DNA of 64,000 nt from Escherichia phage vB_EcoM_E9.1, in the sequence record PP886230. The stretch is one strand, 5' to 3'. A program made the translations under genes and the position numbers. Shown here piece by piece: positions 57,991-64,000 of the stretch. The number at the start of each line of letters is the position of its first letter. Position 1 is the stretch's first letter. The notes under the pieces are model-generated. The model did not search any database. It was given only the letters and a program-made list of their open reading frames with translations, and was not told the origin of the DNA.

Positions 57991-58536
57991 ATGATGGCAT
58001 TTATTAGAAAACAAAAAACTTTTACCTATAAGACTTTGGATTTTGTTGATTGTGAAAACCAATTACAAGATGAAGATAACTTTACAGGATTTGTTGTTAT
58101 TAAAGAAAAAGGATGCATTTCTTACATAAAGGAATTACAGAACGGCATTGAAGTTACTTCAGTCAAATTACTTCCTACACAAAAACCAACAATATTAAAA
58201 GCACAGTATGGTAATTATTTCGAGGAAAGATATAGTAATAATTTAATAAGTGTTAAGGCTTATATTATAAAAGGAGAACTAGAAGGAGAATATAGAAAAT
58301 ACAACCCACAAGGAAAATGTGTTTGGGTTAAATACTTCAATTCAGGAAATGATGTAACATCTGAAATAATTGAGTTTTTAGGTTTAACATGTACCCCTGA
58401 AACTCTTCATGATTACAAATTTAATACTGAAGAAGAGTTTAATCTGATGATGCGTTATGGTTCACATTTTAAATTTTTGTATGAATATAACATTGACAGT
58501 AGTACTTTTGATAAGATAGTACAGAACTGTCTATAA
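57991..58536 (+). CDS. hypothetical protein (start uncertain: 57916, 57991 or 57994)
   Basis: ORF; SD aggaa before the ATGATG pair at 57991. Confidence 0.55.
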   Translation: MMAFIRKQKTFTYKTLDFVDCENQLQDEDNFTGFVVIKEKGCISYIKELQNGIEVTSVKLLPTQKPTILKAQYGNYFEERYSNNLISVKAYIIKGELEGEYRKYNPQGKCVWVKYFNSGNDVTSEIIEFLGLTCTPETLHDYKFNTEEEFNLMMRYGSHFKFLYEYNIDSSTFDKIVQNCL

Positions 58537-58552
58537 CAAAAGGATTTATAAC

Positions 58553-59074
58553 ATGTCGAAGAAGGATACTTCGAACAAACATTCAGTACACTTCAGTACT
58601 GGTAAAGATAACTGGACAACTCCAAAAGATTTCTTTGAAGAGTTAGATGAGTTATGGGGATTTACGCTTGATGCTGCTTGTGTTGATGAGACTGCATTAT
58701 GTGAGAATTATTTTACACCAAATGATGATTCTCTTTCACAGGATTGGGGAAAGAATATAGTTTGGTTGAACCCTCCATATAGTGATTTGAAAACATGGTT
58801 ATCTAAAGCAGTAGATGCGTATAATAAAGGGGCAACTGTATTAATTCTTGTACCATCAAGAACGGATACTATAGCTTTTCAGGATTATGCTGCGAAAGTT
58901 TGTGATTGTATTTGTTTTATTAAGGGAAGGTTACGATTTGGTATCCCAGAAGAACCAGAGAAGAAAACAGATTCAGCACCATTTCCTTCGTGTCTGATAG
59001 TACTAGATAAGTACTTAACCACTGCTAAAATCAATTATCTTAAATCTCTTGGATTGGTGATGAAGAATTTATGA
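58553..59074 (+). CDS. phage Dam-type DNA N6-adenine methyltransferase
   Basis: N-terminal W-TP..FF..LD..WGFTLDAA and catalytic NPPY motif. Confidence 0.8.
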   Translation: MSKKDTSNKHSVHFSTGKDNWTTPKDFFEELDELWGFTLDAACVDETALCENYFTPNDDSLSQDWGKNIVWLNPPYSDLKTWLSKAVDAYNKGATVLILVPSRTDTIAFQDYAAKVCDCICFIKGRLRFGIPEEPEKKTDSAPFPSCLIVLDKYLTTAKINYLKSLGLVMKNL

Positions 59075-59604
59075 AAGAAACATGTATATTATCATTTATG
59101 AGATGTAACCCAGTCCACAATGGTCATGGTTTAGTTTTTGAAAAGGCCAAAACATTACAAGAACAGTACAATGCAGATTTGAAAATATATCTAAGCACCA
59201 GTACTGATAATATAAAAAACCCGCTTCCTCCTGAATTAAAGATGTATTACACTGAGGGTTTCTATCCTTCGGTTCAAGAAAACATTTATACTGAAGATAA
59301 TCTTTTTGATATAATGCGTGAATTAGATGGAAAATATTTAGATGTATTTTTTATATGTGGTTCAGACCGTATTGATTCTTTTCAGAAAACACTTGACAGT
59401 TACAATGGGAAGTTGTATAATTTTTGTAATATAAAAGCAATTCAAGCAGGTATTGACCGCCAATCAAGTCAATATAGCTCAACACAAATGCGTAACTTCG
59501 CAAAAAATGAAGATTTTGATAGTTTTCGTGAGTTTTTACCTGGAAATGACGAGGACTTAAAAATACAATTATTTGAAGACGTTATAAAATACATGAGGAA
59601 ATAA
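59071..59604 (+). CDS. nucleotidyltransferase-like protein with HxGH motif (possible NMN/NaMN adenylyltransferase-like)
   Basis: N-terminal SFMRCNPVHNGH resembles the FDP.H.GH motif of cytidylyltransferase-fold enzymes; ATGA overlap with the methyltransferase gene. Confidence 0.45.
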   Translation: MKETCILSFMRCNPVHNGHGLVFEKAKTLQEQYNADLKIYLSTSTDNIKNPLPPELKMYYTEGFYPSVQENIYTEDNLFDIMRELDGKYLDVFFICGSDRIDSFQKTLDSYNGKLYNFCNIKAIQAGIDRQSSQYSSTQMRNFAKNEDFDSFREFLPGNDEDLKIQLFEDVIKYMRK

Positions 59605-59606
59605 TT

Positions 59607-59900
59607 ATGTCAGTACTGTTCAAAACCAATCCAGTACTTTGGGATCAAAATGAGCAATCAGGATTTCGTTCCATCCATGTTGAATACAAAGGTAATACTG
59701 TAGTTGCAATTATTGCTAACAAAACTCTAGGAAACTGGACTGCACAGGTTGTTCCTATGGGATATTCTTACACATCTGATGAGGTTCAATTCCTGGCTGA
59801 ACTATATCGTCAAGTGCCGTTTATCATTAATGTACTAGAAGGTAATGATACATTATCACATGCAGATGTGATTAATTTTCTTGGAAACTTGCATGTGTGA
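59607..59900 (+). CDS. hypothetical protein
   Basis: ORF 97 aa directly downstream. Confidence 0.6.
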   Translation: MSVLFKTNPVLWDQNEQSGFRSIHVEYKGNTVVAIIANKTLGNWTAQVVPMGYSYTSDEVQFLAELYRQVPFIINVLEGNDTLSHADVINFLGNLHV

Positions 59901-60180
59901 TGAAATAAATCTTACAGGATATTTTTTACAAGAATCAATGATTAAATTTAGTGATAAATTTTCAGTACTGGATGGTATCGAAATGTGGCATGTCAAACCA
60001 CTGTTCCACACTTTCAGTAAAGAGCACAAAATGTTATTGACTGAAGCCAGTAAATCAAATAACATATGTGAAATCAAAATTGGTGTAAATGTCTATAAAG
60101 GGATGGTTATCTTTTTTGACAATAACAGCAACTACTTTTATATTGTTAAGGAGCATTACGTTGACAAATACAAATACTAA
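59881..60180 (+). CDS. hypothetical protein
   Basis: ORF 99 aa. Confidence 0.55.
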   Translation: METCMCDEINLTGYFLQESMIKFSDKFSVLDGIEMWHVKPLFHTFSKEHKMLLTEASKSNNICEIKIGVNVYKGMVIFFDNNSNYFYIVKEHYVDKYKY

Positions 60181-60775
60181 TACATACTTCCGTTATCTTC
60201 GCTTAGGTCTTTCCCTACGTCCGATCCGTGGAAAGTGCGATTCACTCGCTGACCTTGACTATGCATATGCATTACATCATGAAGGTGTACAGTATGTATT
60301 GGGTGATTATGGTGAATTTGAAGAAACAAATGACAGTACTGGAATTAATGCTGGTGTAGAAAATCTTAACAACATTGCTAACAGTTCTCGCCATGACATT
60401 GTGTTACAGATTCAAAACTTTATTGAGCAACACACAGGCAAACGTGTTTGGTGCTATGTCGGTACTGATGCACAAATGTCAATTTCATTCGGTAACGATG
60501 AAGGATATGTTGCACAGCTTATTATGGATTTTGAATCTGAAGAGAAGTTTTTAGAATTCAAAGAAAAGATTATTCAGTCACTTGTTGATATGGGTATCCC
60601 CGAAGATAAAATGCCAGAAGTCCAAAACATTGATGAATTTGTTTTGATTCCATCTGATGAGAAATATGATGCAATGTTTACTGCTCTTAATATTCCAGGA
60701 GTTATTGTGGAGTACTTTGATGATGGTGATGATAGTATCTATATCGATCTAGATGACGATGACGACGATGAATAA
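60161..60775 (+). CDS. hypothetical protein with poly-Asp C-terminus
   Basis: TTG start 7 nt after SD aaggag (track ORF from 60089 overlaps upstream gene); C-terminus DLDDDDDDE. Confidence 0.6.
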   Translation: MTNTNTNTYFRYLRLGLSLRPIRGKCDSLADLDYAYALHHEGVQYVLGDYGEFEETNDSTGINAGVENLNNIANSSRHDIVLQIQNFIEQHTGKRVWCYVGTDAQMSISFGNDEGYVAQLIMDFESEEKFLEFKEKIIQSLVDMGIPEDKMPEVQNIDEFVLIPSDEKYDAMFTALNIPGVIVEYFDDGDDSIYIDLDDDDDDE

Positions 60776-60780
60776 TGTAC

Positions 60781-60810
60781 ATAGCCCGACATAAGTTCGG
60801 GCTATTTTTG
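60781..60810 (+). terminator. rho-independent terminator
   Basis: Hairpin atagcccgacataagttcgggctat then TTTTTG. Confidence 0.7.
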
Positions 60811-60821
60811 TAAGGGGATAT

Positions 60822-61097
60822 ATGAATTATAAAGTTCTACAATATACATACAGTGTTTTGTTTGATTTACATCACAATGGAAGATATCTCAATACAATAC
60901 GAGAAAACACATTCACTCATACTATCTGGATTAATCACTTAATAATGATACGTGAATATTTTGTTAATAGTGAGATAATCATTCGTGGTAAAAAACAGAA
61001 GATAGAACAAGTTAATAGTTTTGGTGGTAAATTAGTACTATCATTTATAGATAGTAATACTAATGAAAGATATAGTATAGATTTGGTGGACATATGA
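60822..61097 (+). CDS. family C paralogue (90-100 aa, N-terminal TYK-LYDL motif)
   Basis: N-terminus MNYKVLQYTYSVLFDLHHNG; SD aagggga. Confidence 0.6.
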   Translation: MNYKVLQYTYSVLFDLHHNGRYLNTIRENTFTHTIWINHLIMIREYFVNSEIIIRGKKQKIEQVNSFGGKLVLSFIDSNTNERYSIDLVDI

Positions 61098-61360
61098 ATT
61101 ATAAAGATTTCCTACTAACATACAAGATTATTCGAGATTTAGCACACGACAATGATAGCCCTAGTCTAGAAGACACATGCACTGAAATGATTCATACGAT
61201 TCGTGGTAAGATTAAAAAAAAATTCAGTACTGTTATTATTGGTGATGACCATGCAGAATTTTCTGATATAATCATTAGACGTGATGGTAAAGTTGAGGTT
61301 CAGTACTACACTGATTTTGGATTTACCAGTATTCCGTTGGAGATATTCCCTTGGGATTAA
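61094..61360 (+). CDS. family C paralogue
   Basis: N-terminus MNYKDFLLTYKIIRDL; ATGA overlap. Confidence 0.6.
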   Translation: MNYKDFLLTYKIIRDLAHDNDSPSLEDTCTEMIHTIRGKIKKKFSTVIIGDDHAEFSDIIIRRDGKVEVQYYTDFGFTSIPLEIFPWD

Positions 61361-61662
61361 ATTTAAATGATATACAATTCACTTATAAGATCCTATATGA
61401 TTTGTATGATGTATACCTTGTTAGTAACAACATAGGTTCACATAACCCATACAAAGAACAACCATTTATTGATTTATATATTGAGTACTTAGATTCAGTA
61501 GGTGAATATATAAAAAAGAATTACAGTACTTTTATCGATGGAAATGATATATTCGAGTTCTCTGGAGTTAAATCATACAATGGGATTATCCATGTTGAAT
61601 TTCTTGAAATAACCGATAGGGGATTTATCGAGATTAAAGTTGTGAAGTTGGTGAATTTATAA
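61351..61662 (+). CDS. family C paralogue
   Basis: N-terminus ..NDIQFTYKILYDLYDV. Confidence 0.6.
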   Translation: MGLNLNDIQFTYKILYDLYDVYLVSNNIGSHNPYKEQPFIDLYIEYLDSVGEYIKKNYSTFIDGNDIFEFSGVKSYNGIIHVEFLEITDRGFIEIKVVKLVNL

Positions 61663-61672
61663 GAGGTTACAT

Positions 61673-61984
61673 ATGTTATTAAATGATATACAATTCACAT
61701 ACAAATTTTTGTATATCCAATACGCTACGGTTGATGCTGGAGAATATCTCTACAGTGAAATCTATCGTTCGGTATGGATAAAGTTTTTGGATGAATTACA
61801 TGAATATTACCATGATTTGTGTATAGTTCGTGATAATAAAATATACAAATTTCGCGATATTGTTAGTCATAGCGGTAAGCTACGATTGGAATTAAGTACT
61901 GATAGTGATGTTGATTGGATTGGTGTAAATTTACTGGAATTGAAGAATGAAAAACAACTTAAAGGAAATACAAGTATTTTATAA
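61673..61984 (+). CDS. family C paralogue
   Basis: N-terminus MLLNDIQFTYKFLYIQY. Confidence 0.6.
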   Translation: MLLNDIQFTYKFLYIQYATVDAGEYLYSEIYRSVWIKFLDELHEYYHDLCIVRDNKIYKFRDIVSHSGKLRLELSTDSDVDWIGVNLLELKNEKQLKGNTSIL

Positions 61985-62231
61985 ATTCTTATACTTATCA
62001 TATGTAAAAGATGAGTACTATGAAAGTGTATATTATTTTTTATGGCAACATTACCGTACTATAGTAAGAGATTTATATATAGGAAAATCTATCATATCCA
62101 ATGGTGAAAAATGTATCTGTACGGATGTAGTTAGTTTTAATGGTTCTTTAACACTGTGTTTCAGATGCGATAATAATAGTGGGTCATTTTCATTAAACGT
62201 ATATCAGTTAGAAGGAATAAATTTTGAATAA
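61947..62231 (+). CDS. family C paralogue
   Basis: N-terminus ..LKEIQVFYKFLYLSY. Confidence 0.55.
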   Translation: MKNNLKEIQVFYKFLYLSYVKDEYYESVYYFLWQHYRTIVRDLYIGKSIISNGEKCICTDVVSFNGSLTLCFRCDNNSGSFSLNVYQLEGINFE

Positions 62232-62424
62232 ATGTCCATATTGTAACAGTACTCAATTAGCTCGTTTCCGTTTAGATTCAGACTGGGCGACTGGTGCTGG
62301 TGATTTCTTCCCTATTAATGATGATGCAGAATACACCGAAGAACAGCACAAAGATTTTGATAAATCATGGCGACCTGACATTGAGTGCATTTATTGCCTT
62401 AATTGTGAGCGTGTTCATGACTAA
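62224..62424 (+). CDS. small zinc-ribbon protein (4 Cys)
   Basis: CPYC near N-terminus and CIYCLNC near C-terminus. Confidence 0.6.
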   Translation: MNKCPYCNSTQLARFRLDSDWATGAGDFFPINDDAEYTEEQHKDFDKSWRPDIECIYCLNCERVHD

Positions 62425-62680
62425 AGCTGAACTAATAGTTCATACATATAAAATGATATCAAGTACTGAGTTATCATATAGTGCAGATAATCCAGTACTG
62501 GATTATTTTGTTGAATTATTGAAAGAGCATTATATTGGTAAATCACTGATTCTTAATAATATTAATTTCACGGTAAAGGATGTAGCACCTGGAAAAAACG
62601 TACTAATAGTATGTGTTACTTCATCTGATAACCCAGTATACCCAATATCAATAATTTTTGAGATATTAGGAGATTTATGA
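62417..62680 (+). CDS. hypothetical protein (possible family C relative)
   Basis: ATG at 62417 overlapping upstream stop (track ORF from 62294). Confidence 0.5.
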   Translation: MTKAELIVHTYKMISSTELSYSADNPVLDYFVELLKEHYIGKSLILNNINFTVKDVAPGKNVLIVCVTSSDNPVYPISIIFEILGDL

Positions 62681-62967
62681 ATATCATTTTAATGCAGAAA
62701 ACATATGCTATATTGGTGAAAGATTATTCCATTACTTTCGATTCACAAGAAAGTGCTCTACATAACCTATACAAAAACGTAACACAAGAATACAGAAATA
62801 TGTTTTCTGACTTAGTAGTAGGAAGGTATTTCAGTACTAGAAAATACCCAAAACTTCAAATAGTTGATGTTTCTTTTTATTTCAATGGTCATATTACTAT
62901 TCATAGTTTAGACCAAGATTCAACAACGTACTTAAACTTTTCATTTGATGAGGTAACATTTTTATGA
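62677..62967 (+). CDS. family C paralogue
   Basis: N-terminus MNIILMQKTYAILVKDY; ATGA overlap. Confidence 0.55.
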   Translation: MNIILMQKTYAILVKDYSITFDSQESALHNLYKNVTQEYRNMFSDLVVGRYFSTRKYPKLQIVDVSFYFNGHITIHSLDQDSTTYLNFSFDEVTFL

Positions 62968-63140
62968 GAACAGTATTTTTTATCTGGAGTCTTTTTTCAT
63001 TGGCAGTACTGACAGTATGTGGGATTTGTTTCCTTTCATCAATTAATACTTGGTATATCAATTTACTATTTCCATTTGTCGGTGTTGGTTTAGGGTTTAC
63101 TTTGCATAGTGTATGTAAGGATTACAATGAGAACAAATGA
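62964..63140 (+). CDS. putative small membrane protein (58 aa, two hydrophobic segments)
   Basis: ORF below track cutoff; ATGA overlap with upstream stop. Confidence 0.45.
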   Translation: MRTVFFIWSLFSLAVLTVCGICFLSSINTWYINLLFPFVGVGLGFTLHSVCKDYNENK

Positions 63141-63405
63141 AGTACTTATTGCTGAAACAATGAAGATGATTTACAATATCACGTCAGCACAGAATATGCC
63201 CTATCCAACTAAGTCTTTATTGAGGACTGTGTATCTGGGGATAGTACAGGAGTACTACAAATCCAAGCACCGAAGCATTATTAGTGTTTATCGTGATTAT
63301 GAAAGGATTCGTATTTTATTCTGGAACAAGAATCGAGTACGTTCTGAATGTGACCTAGTGGACTTTAAATTAGAGAATCTTTATTGCTATAAACAGGGAC
63401 AATAG
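63127..63405 (+). CDS. hypothetical protein
   Basis: ATG at 63127 preferred over the GTG at 63109 used by the track. Confidence 0.5.
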   Translation: MRTNEVLIAETMKMIYNITSAQNMPYPTKSLLRTVYLGIVQEYYKSKHRSIISVYRDYERIRILFWNKNRVRSECDLVDFKLENLYCYKQGQ

Positions 63406-63462
63406 TTTAATTCATGATATAATAATGGGTAAGGAACAATAATTAACACAAGGAGTGTGTGA

Positions 63463-64000
63463 AATGCTTGACCGTATCCGTTTCGCTACAGAGATGGCGA
63501 ATGAATTAAACATGGCAAATTTCCAAATGTTAACATCAGTAATGGCTGAACATGCATGTGCTTATTCTGTAAGTGGTGTGCAGTGTGGTCAGGAGAATAT
63601 GTTAGCAGATGTTTATAGTGAAGTGCAAAGTAAGCAATATAGTGTAAAGACATATAAGGATAAGTTTGTTAGTCTTTATATGAACGAAGATATTGCCGAA
63701 GACCGTAAATTCACTGATTTTATTATTGAACGCCGAGTATCAGGTGTATCTAATCCTAATGCATCAAGCGAGGAAGTTTTTGCAGAAGTACTGAAAGATA
63801 TATACGAAAATGAATTAAAAAGTAAGAATCATTACAATGTACGTGAAACTAACACAGTGCTCTTGGGATATGATGAAGACGAAGAATACTATTATTTTCG
63901 TATGACTGAAGTTCCTTTTGAATACAAATCTCCATATACAACTACAGTGAAAGAATTTACTGAAAAAAGTAAAAACTTCATGAAGCATGAAGGAAATCGT
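63463..64000 (+). CDS. hypothetical protein, 3' partial (continues past window end)
   Basis: SD aaggag 8 nt upstream of ATG; open frame with no stop to the window end. Confidence 0.6.

Overview
The window reads as one contiguous stretch of a virulent dsDNA bacteriophage genome, with essentially every credible gene on the + strand. The sigma70-type promoters (TTGACA/TTGCAA-N16-17-TATAAT), ctg-rich codon usage and several copies of the E. coli Chi octamer GCTGGTGG point to an enterobacterial host, but I cannot assign the phage to a named family from sequence alone. Layout: (i) 1-1650 is a non-coding, repeat-rich region (palindromic TTCAGTACTGAA-type sites, iteron-like short repeats, a 40-bp tandem duplication), possibly near a genome terminus or origin. 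(ii) 1.7-20 kb holds about 50 small early-type genes (30-200 aa), most with their own promoter, a 5' leader hairpin and an SD; it includes a TraR/DksA zinc finger, a GNAT-like protein, a minimal protein-kinase-like protein and a ~100-bp promoter-containing repeat element in at least 6 copies. (iii) After a compositional junction near 19960-20200, 20.2-53.8 kb is AT-rich and consists almost entirely of translationally coupled paralogues: about 30 copies of a ~70-aa family with a C-terminal [LF]LGTNYQE.YV motif (family A) and about 47 copies of a 100-200 aa family with an E-E-x-[YF]-F-Q-x-S-[LT]-[VI]-x-D motif (family B). (iv) 54-64 kb carries miscellaneous genes including a phage Dam-type N6-adenine methyltransferase, an adjacent HxGH nucleotidyltransferase-like gene, a zinc ribbon protein and a third small paralogue array (family C). 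The paralogue arrays are the most likely candidate for an undescribed system; their function cannot be inferred from sequence. All coordinates were counted by eye and may be off by a few bases; no database search or computation was run.
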